A DNA stretch of 64,000 nt from an uncultured Gammaproteobacteria bacterium (GCA_929200535.1 CAKMZV010000006.1:3194-67193); one strand, 5' to 3'. Shown: positions 20,805 through 31,321, numbered from the stretch's first letter. Notes: a model not told the origin generated them from the letters alone. Made by a program: numbers and translations.

Positions 20805-21956
20805 ATGCGTCGTTTTCTTATTGCCCTTTTTGCATGCTTGCCATTCGGGACATTACACGCAACAGAAGTTTTTAAATCTGCCGATTATCAATTTGAAGCT
20901 ATTAGCGTAGTTGAAAACTTAAACCATCCTTGGGCAGCGGAATGGTTAGTTGATAGTGAAGATCAAAAACGCCACACGCTGGTCGTTACCGAGCGTAATG
21001 GAGGGATTGTCTTTTTCCCTTTTGATGGGCAAAAATATCAACCTCCTTATACACTAACTCCTCCTACAAAAATTTTTCAATCTGGGCAAGGTGGCTTATT
21101 AGATATTAAAGCCCATCCAAATTATGCCCAAAATGGCTGGATTTATCTGACTTTTTCTGCTCCTGTTGATAATGACGATGGTGCAACGACAGTATTGGCA
21201 CGCTTTAGAATAAGTGAGAAAAAAATCCAAGATTGGCAAATTCTTTTCACTGCCTCGCCAGCAGGTGATTCTACCCGCCACTTTGGTTCTCGCATTGCTT
21301 TTGATAATGACGGTTTTGTCTATATTAGCATTGGCGATCGAGGCGAGCGCAAACTGGCACAAAGCTTACAACATCATCACGGCTCTATCATCCGCTTGAA
21401 AGATGATGGTAACCTACCGAAAGATAATCCATTTCAAAAAAATCCTGCCGTATATTCTTATGGGCATCGTAATCCACAAGGACTATGGTTTGATAAAAAA
21501 AATAATCGCCTATGGGCAAATGAGCATGGTCCACGTGGTGGTGATGAACTTAACGTTATCCTCAAAGGTAAAAATTACGGCTGGCCTATTATCAGCTATG
21601 GCAATGAATATTGGAGCAATCTACCGGTCAGTGATAAAACTCATCAATCGGGTATGCAACAACCGATGCACTATTGGATACCCTCCATTGCTCCCTCTGG
21701 ATTGGTTCGCTATAGTGGTGAGGAATTTGCCAAATGGAATGAGGATTTTTTGATAGGTTCACTCAAATTTGGGCAATTAGTACGCATAAGAATGGCACGC
21801 CGAACTGGGCATACCTTCGCTTTTAAAGTCATCCAAGAAGAACGCCTACTAAAAGGCAAACTCGGGCGCATTCGTGCGGTATATCAAAATTCTGGTAAAT
21901 TATTTGTGCTAACAGATTCTTCTGCTGGAAAATTATTGCAACTAATACGCAAATAA
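20805..21956 (+). CDS. PQQ-dependent soluble sugar dehydrogenase (YliI/sorbosone-dehydrogenase family)
   Basis: Signal peptide plus HFGSRIAFDNDGFVYISIGDRGE, YSYGHRNPQGLWFD, EHGPRGGDELN and NYGWP. Confidence 0.8.
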   Translation: MRRFLIALFACLPFGTLHATEVFKSADYQFEAISVVENLNHPWAAEWLVDSEDQKRHTLVVTERNGGIVFFPFDGQKYQPPYTLTPPTKIFQSGQGGLLDIKAHPNYAQNGWIYLTFSAPVDNDDGATTVLARFRISEKKIQDWQILFTASPAGDSTRHFGSRIAFDNDGFVYISIGDRGERKLAQSLQHHHGSIIRLKDDGNLPKDNPFQKNPAVYSYGHRNPQGLWFDKKNNRLWANEHGPRGGDELNVILKGKNYGWPIISYGNEYWSNLPVSDKTHQSGMQQPMHYWIPSIAPSGLVRYSGEEFAKWNEDFLIGSLKFGQLVRIRMARRTGHTFAFKVIQEERLLKGKLGRIRAVYQNSGKLFVLTDSSAGKLLQLIRK

Positions 21957-21982
21957 TAAACACAAGTGCATACTTGAGGGAG

Positions 21983-22064
21983 ACCACCCCGCCACTTCGT
22001 GGCACCCCTCCGATGGAGGGGAATTTGCACCATTCACCTTGCCTTTAGGGTGAGGTGGTTTTTT
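21983..22064 (+). terminator. GC-rich multi-hairpin element ending in a T6 run (complex terminator or structured RNA)
   Basis: Hairpins GCCAC-TTC-GTGGC, CCCCTCC-GAT-GGAGGGG and TCACC..GGTGA. ACCACC...GGTGGT can pair around them, followed by TTTTTT. Confidence 0.45.
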
Positions 22065-22098
22065 GGGGAATGAGGTGTGGGTTTAACCAATTTATTTA

Positions 22099-23490
22099 AT
22101 GGCAGATAAAATTTCTTTTAATTCAAACGAGCTTGGCAATACGATAAAAATTGCTTTGTTGTTTAGCTTTAGAATGCTGGGGCTTTTTATGGTGTTTCCA
22201 GTATTGGAGGCTCATAGTCGCTTGCATTTTGAGGCGACTCCTTTACTTATTGGCATTGCCCTTGGTATTTATGGGCTTAGTCAGGCAGCCTTGCAAATTC
22301 CTTTTGGGTTACTTTCTGATAAATATGGCAGAAAAAAACTCATTGGCTTAGGATTGCTGTTTTTTATTGTGGGTAGCGTTATTGCTGGCTCGGCAGAAAA
22401 TATTTATCAGCTTATTTTTGGACGAGCGGTGCAGGGGTGTGGAGCAATTGCTTCGGTGTTGCTTGCTTATCTGGCGGATTTAACTCGTGCTCAGGTGCGT
22501 ATTCGAGCAATGGCAACGGTCGGGATGGGCATTGGTTTTTCCTTTGTGTTATCGCTTATTTTAGGTCCTATTTTTTATGAAATAATAGGGATGGCTGGTA
22601 TTTTTTATTGCACGGCAGTGCTTGGGTGCGTTGGCTTTTTATTGTTATTTGCAGTTAAGCCTGAGCAAGGTGTTGGCTTAGGTGATGGGCAAGAAAAGGG
22701 GCGCGCCAAAGAATATAAATTCTCTTTTTCGGCAGTGAAATCTGTATGGAAAATCAAACCTCTATGGGGTTTTAATATGATTGTGATGAGTATTCACTCA
22801 TGTATCACGTTGCTTTTTTTATTTATTCCTGCCTTGTTAGTTGAGCATAATATTGCGCTTGCTAAACATTGGCAAATTTATTTATTAACGATGTTAGCCT
22901 CCTTGTTAATGGCTTTGCCTCTGATTATTTGGACCGAGAAAAAACAGCGTATTCGTGCGATGTTAATTTTTTCTTTATTGCTCCTCTTGCTGACTTTAGG
23001 CTTGTTTATGGGAAGTGATAATTTTATCTTTTTAAGTGTCGCGCTAACGCTTTTCTTTGTGAGTTTTAATGTGTTGGAAGCATTGTTGCCCTCATCAGTT
23101 AGCCGAGTGGCTCCTTTGCAATATCGAGGAATGGCATTAGGGATGTTTTCTACCCATCAATTTTTTGGGGCATTTATTGGTGGTTCGCTGGGTGGTTTGA
23201 TGTTACAACAATTTGGATTAGTTGGATTATTATTTTCAGCAATGGGGTTGGTATTATTTTGTTTAACGTGCGTGTTTATTTTGCCATCGAATTTACAGCA
23301 ACGCTCGCAGACGATAACCGTCGCCAAGAATCAACCCTCAAACGAGCTTGAACAATGGGCAAAAACCCAACCCGGTGTGTTTGATGCAATGTATCAACCA
23401 CGCGACGGAGCATTAAACTTAAAAACTGATTTTATTCACTTTAATTCACACAATTTTTATACCTCATACGACAAAAAATTTAGTGTTTAA
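22099..23490 (+). CDS. MFS transporter
   Basis: 463 aa and about 12 TM helices. MFS motif A-like GLLSDKYGRKK, plus a soluble ~60-aa C-terminal tail. Confidence 0.75.
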   Translation: MADKISFNSNELGNTIKIALLFSFRMLGLFMVFPVLEAHSRLHFEATPLLIGIALGIYGLSQAALQIPFGLLSDKYGRKKLIGLGLLFFIVGSVIAGSAENIYQLIFGRAVQGCGAIASVLLAYLADLTRAQVRIRAMATVGMGIGFSFVLSLILGPIFYEIIGMAGIFYCTAVLGCVGFLLLFAVKPEQGVGLGDGQEKGRAKEYKFSFSAVKSVWKIKPLWGFNMIVMSIHSCITLLFLFIPALLVEHNIALAKHWQIYLLTMLASLLMALPLIIWTEKKQRIRAMLIFSLLLLLLTLGLFMGSDNFIFLSVALTLFFVSFNVLEALLPSSVSRVAPLQYRGMALGMFSTHQFFGAFIGGSLGGLMLQQFGLVGLLFSAMGLVLFCLTCVFILPSNLQQRSQTITVAKNQPSNELEQWAKTQPGVFDAMYQPRDGALNLKTDFIHFNSHNFYTSYDKKFSV

Positions 23491-23498
23491 GAGTTTCT

Positions 23499-25643
23499 AT
23501 GGATTACGATCTTACTGAGAACAACAATACCTTTGGTGATATGCCAATAGCTTCTTGTTATGGTGTTGGGGCGACTGTCGCAAAAAAATTCTATAAGCTC
23601 AATATCTTTACCGCACGGGATTTGTTAATGCACTTCCCACGGAGTTATGAAAATCGCTCACAGATTACGCCGTTTGAGACATTAAAAGTTGATATGAAAT
23701 GTCTGTGCCAAGGGATAATTGTTTCTTCTGGTTTGGAGGGCAGAAGACGAAATATATTGAGAGTGATGCTCAAACAGCATAGTAAAAGCGAGCACTTTTT
23801 GCTACTTAAATTTTTTCATTTTTCCCCTAAACAAGCTAATCAATTTCGTTATGGGCAGGAGATTCGTTGTTTTGGCACTGTTAAAGCTGGGATGAATGCC
23901 TTAGAAATGATTCATCCAGAAATTGAATTTATTAGCGAAAAAAGTAACTCACTTGCCGATTATTTAATAGCCACTTATCCTTCATCGGATGGCTTACCAC
24001 AGTTTCGCATTCGCAATGCCATCAATCCGTTATTAAACCAGTTGGCAGCGGAACCTTTTGGTATGGATTCCTTTCAATCTTTATTAGCATCACACAGTGC
24101 CCACCAAGAATTATCAAAAATCAGCCACTTACAAGCAATATACACCATTCATCGTCCGCCTCTCGATAGCAATTTTGAGGATTTAGAGCGCGGCAAAACC
24201 CCGTATTTTGAAAGGTTAAGCATTGAGGAGCTGACTGCACATCGTTTAGGGCTAAAAAGGCTTCATAGTTCTTTTGGGCAGTATCAGGCATTGCCCATTC
24301 CATTATCTGTCAAGAGTGATTTACAACATCAATTACTGCAAAAATTGCCATTTGAGCCAACCTCAGCCCAGCAAAAATGCTATGCAGAAATAGCCCAAGC
24401 AATGCAAAATAGCAAACCAATGATGCATTTATTGCAGGGAGATGTTGGTAGTGGTAAAACCTTAGTGGCAATACTGGTAATGCTTGGAGTGGTTGAGCAG
24501 GGCTATAAGGCGGCGTTAATGGTGCCGACCGAATTACTTGCCCAACAGCATTATCATACTTTAACCCAATGGCTAAACCCCTTGGGGATTAAGGTACATT
24601 TGCTGTGCGGTAAAAAAACTGTTAAACAGCGGCGTGAAATTCATCAAAATTTTATTAGTGATGAACCGTGCATTGCGGTAGGCACTCATGCACTCTTTCA
24701 AGAGAAGGTCGAAATTACTCGCCTTGCGATTATTATTATCGATGAGCAACATCGCTTTGGTGTTCAGCAACGCTTTGAACTTTTGCAAAAAAGCCAGCAA
24801 GAAAATCAAGAGAATGTGATTGCCCATCAATTGCTGATTAGTGCCACTCCAATTCCACGTACCTTAGCTATGAGTATGTACGGTGATTTACAACAATCCA
24901 CCTTAGATGAAATGCCAGCCGGCAGGCAAGATATAGAAACCTATGTAATGAGTAATACACAAGTCAATCAGCTTAGCCAAAGAATTGGCGAGCAGTGTGC
25001 TGAGAATCGTCAGGTTTATTGGGTATGCCCTTTTATTGATGAGTCTGAAATTCTCAATGTGCAGTCGGCAATTGGACGCTATGAGCAATTACAAGAAATG
25101 TTACCTAATATTACCATCGGCTTGATGCACGGCAGGCTTAAAGAAGCTGAAAAACAAGAAATAATGGAAAAATTTCGCACAGGGGAAATTCAACTATTAG
25201 TTGCGACAACGGTGATTGAAGTTGGTGTTGATGTTCCTAATGCAAGTATTATCATCATTGAAAATGCCGAGCGTATGGGCTTAGCTCAGTTACACCAACT
25301 TAGAGGAAGGGTTGGGCGTGGCACTATCAAAAGCCAATGTATTCTCCTCTATCAAGCACCGCTTGGGGAACAAGGGTATAGACGCTTAAATGCACTTAAA
25401 AGTAGCAATGATGGTTTTCATCTTGCCGAGCGTGATTTACAAATGCGCGGAGCAGGGGAGATTATAGGAATCCGCCAATCAGGCAGTGTGCACTTTAAAA
25501 TCGCCGATATGATACGCGATCAACATCTTATCTCAGCAGTTAATCAATTGAGTGAAATTATTGTCACAGAGAAAAAAAACGAGTTAGAAGAAAGATTATT
25601 AAATCGCTGGAGCTTTACTCGTAGCGAACTTGGAAAGGTATAA
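23499..25643 (+). CDS. recG: ATP-dependent DNA helicase RecG
   Basis: Walker A GDVGSGKT, DEQHRFGV, SATPIPRT, VATTVIEVGVDVPNA and QLRGRVGRG. Length (714 aa) fits RecG. Confidence 0.95.
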   Translation: MDYDLTENNNTFGDMPIASCYGVGATVAKKFYKLNIFTARDLLMHFPRSYENRSQITPFETLKVDMKCLCQGIIVSSGLEGRRRNILRVMLKQHSKSEHFLLLKFFHFSPKQANQFRYGQEIRCFGTVKAGMNALEMIHPEIEFISEKSNSLADYLIATYPSSDGLPQFRIRNAINPLLNQLAAEPFGMDSFQSLLASHSAHQELSKISHLQAIYTIHRPPLDSNFEDLERGKTPYFERLSIEELTAHRLGLKRLHSSFGQYQALPIPLSVKSDLQHQLLQKLPFEPTSAQQKCYAEIAQAMQNSKPMMHLLQGDVGSGKTLVAILVMLGVVEQGYKAALMVPTELLAQQHYHTLTQWLNPLGIKVHLLCGKKTVKQRREIHQNFISDEPCIAVGTHALFQEKVEITRLAIIIIDEQHRFGVQQRFELLQKSQQENQENVIAHQLLISATPIPRTLAMSMYGDLQQSTLDEMPAGRQDIETYVMSNTQVNQLSQRIGEQCAENRQVYWVCPFIDESEILNVQSAIGRYEQLQEMLPNITIGLMHGRLKEAEKQEIMEKFRTGEIQLLVATTVIEVGVDVPNASIIIIENAERMGLAQLHQLRGRVGRGTIKSQCILLYQAPLGEQGYRRLNALKSSNDGFHLAERDLQMRGAGEIIGIRQSGSVHFKIADMIRDQHLISAVNQLSEIIVTEKKNELEERLLNRWSFTRSELGKV

Positions 25644-25736
25644 AATGGGAATAGAGAGAGTATTTTTATACTTGGAACTTTAAAAAAAATAATCGCACCT
25701 TATAATTTATTTAAAGGTTAAATCCTATTTCACAAT

Positions 25737-25810
25737 GGCTGGATGGTAGAGTGGTTATACAGTGGATTGCAAATCCATCTACATCGGTTCGATTCCGGTT
25801 CCAGCCTCCA
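25737..25810 (+). tRNA. tRNA-Cys (anticodon GCA)
   Basis: Acceptor GGCTGGA/TCCAGCC plus T and CCA. Anticodon loop is TT-GCA-AA, with a GGTTCGATTCC T-arm. 74 nt. Confidence 0.9.
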
Positions 25811-25894
25811 CTTAATTTATCTTACTTTTCTTTGCTCTTTTCTATTTTGCAATGGTCTCAAAGAATTAATGAGTTTGGTAAAATTAAATACAGG

Positions 25895-26106
25895 GAGACA
25901 TTTGCATAAAAGATATGACAAGTAAGAAAGTAAAAAATCGCCCTGATTATTGTTGTCAAACTTGCTTCAATATCTACCTTTCCATCAGAATGATTTTTTA
26001 GCTTTTTTCTTTTACCTGCAAGCAGTTCAAACACTGTTACTCTAAGGCTCGTAAACTCGCCAAGAGTAAAAACGTTTTTTGTGTCACACTTTTATGCAAA
26101 GAGCTC
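25895..26106 (+). mobile_element. MITE-like repeat, long variant with diverged centre (copy 3)
   Basis: GAGACATTTGCATAAAAGATATGACAAG ... GTCACACTTTTATGCAAAGAGCTC. It contains the 66-bp module. Confidence 0.75.
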
Positions 26107-26156
26107 ACAAGTTCTTAGGTTTTATGCACAGTAAAATGATATTATTGTCTTAAGCA

Positions 26157-26645
26157 ATGAAAATAAAAACCGCTTTTCTTTCTCTGGGCTCTAATTTAGA
26201 TAATCCTAAGCAACAAATTCTTGATGCCTTAGAGAGATTGAAATCTCATCCCAGTTTGTATGAGGTTGTCGCTTCTAAACTGTATTACAGCCGTCCTCTG
26301 GGTCCTCAGGATCAGCCTGATTTTATTAATGTTTGTGTGCGCTTACAGACGTCGCTAAGTGCCTCTTTGCTATTAGATGTATTACAATGGTTAGAGTGTA
26401 AGGCACAAAGAAAACGGGTTCGTCATTGGGGGGAAAGAAGTTTGGATGCGGATTTAATTTATTACCAAAACAATGGTCAAGAACGCACTTGGCAATGTGC
26501 TCGTTTGATATTACCGCACTCGCAATATACGCAACGTGATTTTGTATTATTGCCTTTAAGGGAAGTGTTAGATGATTCTTGGAAAATAGATATCGACGCT
26601 TTGTGTGCAAAATTAGATAACCATTTTATAACAAATGAGCATTAA
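26157..26645 (+). CDS. folK: 2-amino-4-hydroxy-6-hydroxymethyldihydropteridine diphosphokinase
   Basis: AFLSLGSNLDNP...RVRHWGERSLDADLI is the HPPK pattern. It overlaps panB by 11 nt. Confidence 0.85.
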   Translation: MKIKTAFLSLGSNLDNPKQQILDALERLKSHPSLYEVVASKLYYSRPLGPQDQPDFINVCVRLQTSLSASLLLDVLQWLECKAQRKRVRHWGERSLDADLIYYQNNGQERTWQCARLILPHSQYTQRDFVLLPLREVLDDSWKIDIDALCAKLDNHFITNEH

Positions 26646-27387
26646 TAAACTTTATCGACAGCAGGAAAAAATAGCGTGCTTAACCGCATATGATGCGAGT
26701 TTTGCTCGCTTGATAGATCAAGCCAATGTAGATATGGTTTTGGTTGGTGATTCTCTTGGCTCTGTGATACAAGGCAAAAAAGATACTCTGGGCGTTTCAA
26801 TGCGAGATATGTTGTATCATAGTGAATGTGTCAGGCGAGTAGTTAACCATTCAGAGCTGATGAGTGATATGCCTTTTTTAAGCTATACCACCCCCAAGCA
26901 GGCTCTTAAAAATGCGGGTAAATTTATGCGTTTAGGAGTTGATATGGTTAAGTTAGAAGGGGATAAAACATTGGCACCAACCATTCGTTGCTTGGTGGAT
27001 AACTATATTCCTGTATGTGCGCATATTGGCCTAAAGCCACAACAATTACGCCAGCTTGGTGATTATTATGTACATGGTAAAACATCGCAATGTAAGCAAC
27101 GAATTTTAGATGACGCCAAAGCATTGGCAGAAGCGGGTGCAAGCATTATTTTATTGGAATGTGTTGAGCATGAAGTGGCAGCAGAAATTACAGAAATGCT
27201 TAACGTTCCAACCATTGGTATTGGTTCAGGAAGTGCCTGCGATGGGCAGATTTTAGTATTGTATGATATATTGGGAATATCTCCTAAAATTCCTCCATTT
27301 AGTAAGAATTTTTTAAGGGAGAGTACGTCAATATTAGAGGCACTTCAGGCATATTCTTCCGCGGTTAAAGAGCAACAATACCCTTAG
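26635..27387 (+). CDS. panB: 3-methyl-2-oxobutanoate hydroxymethyltransferase
   Basis: CLTAYDASFARL...VLVGDSLG..., VKLEGD, GHIGLKPQ, IGIGSG. Confidence 0.9.
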   Translation: MSINKLYRQQEKIACLTAYDASFARLIDQANVDMVLVGDSLGSVIQGKKDTLGVSMRDMLYHSECVRRVVNHSELMSDMPFLSYTTPKQALKNAGKFMRLGVDMVKLEGDKTLAPTIRCLVDNYIPVCAHIGLKPQQLRQLGDYYVHGKTSQCKQRILDDAKALAEAGASIILLECVEHEVAAEITEMLNVPTIGIGSGSACDGQILVLYDILGISPKIPPFSKNFLRESTSILEALQAYSSAVKEQQYP

Positions 27388-27516
27388 CTATCTTCTTTAT
27401 AGAGAGCGCCTTAGGGGATTAGAATGTTTTTAAATCGATGTGTTTTTGGGACATTATTATTTTTATAAAAAAATGATAAATAAATTTTTATTATTTAATG
27501 TAGAGAGAATTTTATT

Positions 27517-28104
27517 ATGAAAAAAATCATTCAATTTATTGTTGTTTTAGGTATTAGTTTTTCTGGAATTTTTGTTGGTGCACAAGCAAAATATACGCTT
27601 GATGGCGATCATTCAGCAGTTCATTTTAGCACAATTAAAAAGCAGTATATTGTTGAGCCTGCTGTGTTTAAAAAAGTATCAGGCAGTATTTCTAATTCAG
27701 GAAATGTTGAGGTGCAAATCGATTTAAATAGCATTGAGACTAGAATTCCAATTAGAAATGAACGTATCAACAAATTATTTTTTGACTCAGTCAAGTTTCC
27801 TAATACAACGGTTAAAGCAAAAATCGATATGGCTATGCTTAAAGGAATTCGTGATTTTAAAAAAATGGATTTACCAGCAACACTTAATTTTTATGGTAAA
27901 AGCAAGGCTATTAAATTAAAGGTACTTATAGCCAAAGTAGGAAAAAATAAATTTGTAGCGACCTCAATGGCACCTACAATTGTTAATGCTAAAGATTTTG
28001 GTGTTCCTGATAATAACATTACAAAATTAGCAGCGACAGTAGGCGGATTTAATATTTCCAATAAAGTTGGCGTCAGCTTTGTATTAAGTTTTACTGCTGA
28101 GTAG
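27517..28104 (+). CDS. YceI-like domain protein (second paralogue in the window)
   Basis: Signal peptide plus YTLDGDHSAVHFST...VQIDLNSIETRIPIRNERINKLFFDSVKFP. Confidence 0.65.
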   Translation: MKKIIQFIVVLGISFSGIFVGAQAKYTLDGDHSAVHFSTIKKQYIVEPAVFKKVSGSISNSGNVEVQIDLNSIETRIPIRNERINKLFFDSVKFPNTTVKAKIDMAMLKGIRDFKKMDLPATLNFYGKSKAIKLKVLIAKVGKNKFVATSMAPTIVNAKDFGVPDNNITKLAATVGGFNISNKVGVSFVLSFTAE

Positions 28105-28119
28105 TCGTTAATTTATATA

Positions 28120-28324
28120 AAGACCCTTATACTGAGACCTTTGCACAAAAGATATGACAAGTAAAAAAGCAAAAAATCGCTCTGATTTTTATTGTGAAAT
28201 TTGCAAATACGGACGTATTAGCTTCATTTCACGCCTCAATCAGAACGATTTTTTATCTTTTTTCTTTTGCCATACTTTTATGCAAAGGTCTCACTAATTT
28301 TTTAGTGTAAGGGTCTTATTTTTT
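28120..28324 (+). terminator. rho-independent terminator hairpin split by a repeat insertion
   Basis: The arms AAGACCCTTATACT (28120-28133) and AGTGTAAGGGTCTT (28304-28317) are complementary with one mismatch. They are followed by a T6 run, and the 159-bp repeat copy sits in the loop. Confidence 0.6.
28134..28292 (+). mobile_element. MITE-like repeat, 159-bp core form (copy 4)
   Basis: Complete termini. The inner stem is the GTGAAAT/ATTTCAC variant, and the copy is flanked by ACT on both sides. Confidence 0.85.
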
Positions 28325-28346
28325 ACTTATTTTTTATTTTTAAATA

Positions 28347-29672
28347 ATGCATAAACAAAAAAACTCACCTATTCGTGTTGGGATTGCTGGAGTAGGTACT
28401 GTGGGTACCGCTGTAGTAAACATTTTAAATGATGCCTCATCGGCTTTTCGGCAACAATTGGATACACCAATCGAGGTTTCTCAAGTTGTCGTACGCAATC
28501 TTGAAACTCAACGTGATTGTGATTTAAATGGGGTAACCATTGGCACGGACGTGATGGCACTTAGCTCAGCAGAGGATGTCGATGTCGTGATTGAATTAAT
28601 TGGTGATGTCAATATAAGTTTATCATTGGTCAAGCAATGTTTATTAAACGGCAAGCCGGTAATAACTGCGAATAAAGCATTGTTGGCTTTGCATGGAGAT
28701 GAATTATTTGCCCTCTCAAAAGAGAAAAAACTACCTATTTTATTTGAGGCAGCGGTCGGTGGAGGCATCCCGATTATTAAGGTAATGCGCGAAAGTTTAC
28801 AGGGTAATAGAGTTGATTGTATTGCAGGCATTATCAATGGCACATGCAACTATTTATTAACGCGTATGGCAAATGAAGGTGCCAAATACGAAGATGTTTT
28901 ATTAGATGCACAAAACTTAGGGTATGCAGAAGCAGATCCTACCTTTGATGTTGAAGGCATTGATGCCGCTCATAAATTATCATTATTAGCTCGTTTAGCA
29001 TTTCATCAATCAATTGAGTTTGAAAAAATTCAGCATTTTGGGCTTGCCGATGTGCAAATAGAAGATTTTATTATTGCCAAAAAAATGGGCTATGCGATTA
29101 AGCCAATGAGCGTTTGTAAGCGGACTGATGACAAAATTGAAGGCTATGTTTTTCCAGCATTAGTTTCAAATTCATTATTATTGGCAAATGTTAATGGAGT
29201 AACAAACGCTGTACAGGTTTGTGCAAACCGAGTGGGTGAAATCAACTGTGTTGGACCAGGCGCTGGTGGTGATGCGACAGGTTCTGCAGTCGTTGCGGAT
29301 TTGGTTGAGGTGGTTTATGCGATGCAAGAAGATAGCCTACCCTCAGTTTATTTTCCAGATTTAGGCGATAGCCATAATCAAGCTCAAATGATTGCCTTTG
29401 AGGACACTGAGCACGCCTATTATTTTCGTTTTCGAGTAGAAGATAAGCCGGGGATGATAAAGCAATTTGCCTCAGTATTAGAGGGCTTGAATATTAGCAT
29501 TGAAGCCATTAACCAAGATGAACCTAAAGAAGGTGAAAAAGTCGCAAGCATTGCATTAATTACCAATAAAGTACAAGAAAAGAAAATTCAAAAAGCCCTC
29601 AAAGATATACTCAGTTTGCCCGGCTATGTAGATGAGGATTGGAGTTTAATTCGAGTATTTAATCGAGATTAG
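28347..29672 (+). CDS. hom: homoserine dehydrogenase
   Basis: N-terminal IAGVGTVG Rossmann motif, central TANKAL and GIINGTCNY, and a C-terminal ACT domain. 441 aa. Confidence 0.9.
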   Translation: MHKQKNSPIRVGIAGVGTVGTAVVNILNDASSAFRQQLDTPIEVSQVVVRNLETQRDCDLNGVTIGTDVMALSSAEDVDVVIELIGDVNISLSLVKQCLLNGKPVITANKALLALHGDELFALSKEKKLPILFEAAVGGGIPIIKVMRESLQGNRVDCIAGIINGTCNYLLTRMANEGAKYEDVLLDAQNLGYAEADPTFDVEGIDAAHKLSLLARLAFHQSIEFEKIQHFGLADVQIEDFIIAKKMGYAIKPMSVCKRTDDKIEGYVFPALVSNSLLLANVNGVTNAVQVCANRVGEINCVGPGAGGDATGSAVVADLVEVVYAMQEDSLPSVYFPDLGDSHNQAQMIAFEDTEHAYYFRFRVEDKPGMIKQFASVLEGLNISIEAINQDEPKEGEKVASIALITNKVQEKKIQKALKDILSLPGYVDEDWSLIRVFNRD

Positions 29673-29687
29673 AAAAGAGGATTCATA

Positions 29688-30755
29688 ATGAACAACTATT
29701 TTGGCTTAATTGAACACTATCAAGATTATCTTCCCATAGCAAAAGAAGATAAAATCATCTCCCTTGGTGAGGGAGATACGCCCTTAATTCCATTACCTAA
29801 TCTTGCCAAAAAACATCTACCTGGAATATCCATTTGGGCAAAATACGAAGGGCTCAACCCGACAGGCTCATTCAAAGATAGAGGGATGACCATGGCAGTA
29901 ACCCACGCCTATAACTCAGGCTCTAAGGCAGTTATTTGTGCCTCAACAGGCAACACCTCGGCAGCGGCAGCGGCTTATGCTTCACGTGCGAATATGGATT
30001 GTTTTGTGCTTATTCCAGAGGGCAAAATCGCAATGGGAAAATTAGCCCAAGCAATGATGTATGGGGCAAAAATCATTCAAATTTCTGGTAATTTTGATGA
30101 GGCAATGGAGTTGGTCAAACAAGTGGGCAAAGATACCCCCATTAGTATTGTAAATTCAATTAACCCATACCGTTTACAAGGTCAAAAAACCGCAGCTTTT
30201 GAAATTATCGATGCACTCTCACAAGCGCCAGACTTTCATTATTTACCCGTTGGCAATGCAGGCAACATTAGTGCTTACTGGATGGGCTATCGGGAATACT
30301 TTGAACATCAAAAAATGCCAAACCTACCGCGTATGGTTGGCTATCAAGCGGAAGGGGCAGCTCCTTTTGTCAGAGGAGCAAGAGTGGATAACCCTGAAAC
30401 GATTGCAACAGCAATTCGCATTGGTAACCCACAAAGTTGGGACTTGGCAGAAGAAGCCAAAGAACAATCCAATGGTCATATTTCGATGCTTTCTGATGAG
30501 CAAATTTTACATGCTCAATATGAATTGGCAAGCGAAGAAGGTGTATTTTGTGAACCTGCCTCAGCTGCCTCAATTGGTGGGGCAATCATTGATTATAAAA
30601 AAGGGCTTATCCCTGAGGGTAGCACCTTAGTCTGTACGCTAACAGGTAACGGCTTAAAAGATCCTGATATGGCTATTGAGTCAAGCCAAGATAAGGTACA
30701 GACTGTTAGCATTGATGCAACATACGACAGTGTCAAAAAAGCGATTGTAGGATAA
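29688..30755 (+). CDS. thrC: threonine synthase
   Basis: PLP-lysine region [10 protein letters not shown] plus [14 protein letters not shown]. It lies immediately downstream of hom. Confidence 0.9.
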   Translation: MNNYFGLIEHYQDYLPIAKEDKIISLGEGDTPLIPLPNLAKKHLPGISIWAKYEGLNPTGSFKDRGMTMAVTHAYNSGSKAVICASTGNTSAAAAAYASRANMDCFVLIPEGKIAMGKLAQAMMYGAKIIQISGNFDEAMELVKQVGKDTPISIVNSINPYRLQGQKTAAFEIIDALSQAPDFHYLPVGNAGNISAYWMGYREYFEHQKMPNLPRMVGYQAEGAAPFVRGARVDNPETIATAIRIGNPQSWDLAEEAKEQSNGHISMLSDEQILHAQYELASEEGVFCEPASAASIGGAIIDYKKGLIPEGSTLVCTLTGNGLKDPDMAIESSQDKVQTVSIDATYDSVKKAIVG

Positions 30756-30760
30756 GACTA

Positions 30761-31297
30761 TTGAGCACGACCTTAAATACAAAAAAATCTCAGCCATCTA
30801 AACCAATATTCCTTATTGGACCTACTCACGTTGGCAAAAGCTCTGTGGGTAAAAAATTAGGCTCACAATTAGACTGTGCATTTTTTGATTTAGACGCCGT
30901 AATTGAAAAAAATGCTGGCGTTGATATTCAAACAATTTTTGATTTTGAAAAAGAACAAGGCTTTCGAGATAGAGAAACTAAAGCCTTAGAATCCATTGAT
31001 AGAAATCGTTTATCGGTTGTTGCCACAGGGGCTGGAATTATTTTACGTGAAAAAAATCGAGAAATTATCAAAAAAGGCGTAGTGATTTATTTATCGGCCT
31101 CTGTTGAACTACTCTCATCACGAGTCAGAGAGGATTCTAATCGCCCATTATTTAAGGGGAAAAATCCGATAGAGGTTTTACAAAATATGCATACAATTCG
31201 CCATCCTCTATACCAAGAATGTGCAGACTATCAAATAGAAGTACTTGAAGGGATTCACACCAATCAAGTGCTCTCTCAGATTTATTCATTTTTATAG
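30761..31297 (+). CDS. aroK: shikimate kinase
   Basis: Walker A LIGPTHVGKSSVGK, FFDLD and FRDRE motifs. TTG start. Confidence 0.8.
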   Translation: MSTTLNTKKSQPSKPIFLIGPTHVGKSSVGKKLGSQLDCAFFDLDAVIEKNAGVDIQTIFDFEKEQGFRDRETKALESIDRNRLSVVATGAGIILREKNREIIKKGVVIYLSASVELLSSRVREDSNRPLFKGKNPIEVLQNMHTIRHPLYQECADYQIEVLEGIHTNQVLSQIYSFL

Positions 31298-31321
31298 CCA
31301 ATTAGAATGAAAAGATTAGTT

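Noticed and set aside
21983-22064. The cloverleaf-like arrangement of three hairpins inside an outer stem, considered as a tRNA or tRNA-like gene.
   Set aside because: The loops are only 3 nt. There is no T-loop (GTTCRANNC), no D-loop and no anticodon loop of 7 nt, and no CCA or discriminator context. It is not a tRNA.
25743-25925. 60-aa ORF in the track downstream of recG.
   Set aside because: It overlaps tRNA-Cys (25737-25810) almost from its first codon and ends inside repeat copy 3 (…HKRYDK*). It is spurious.
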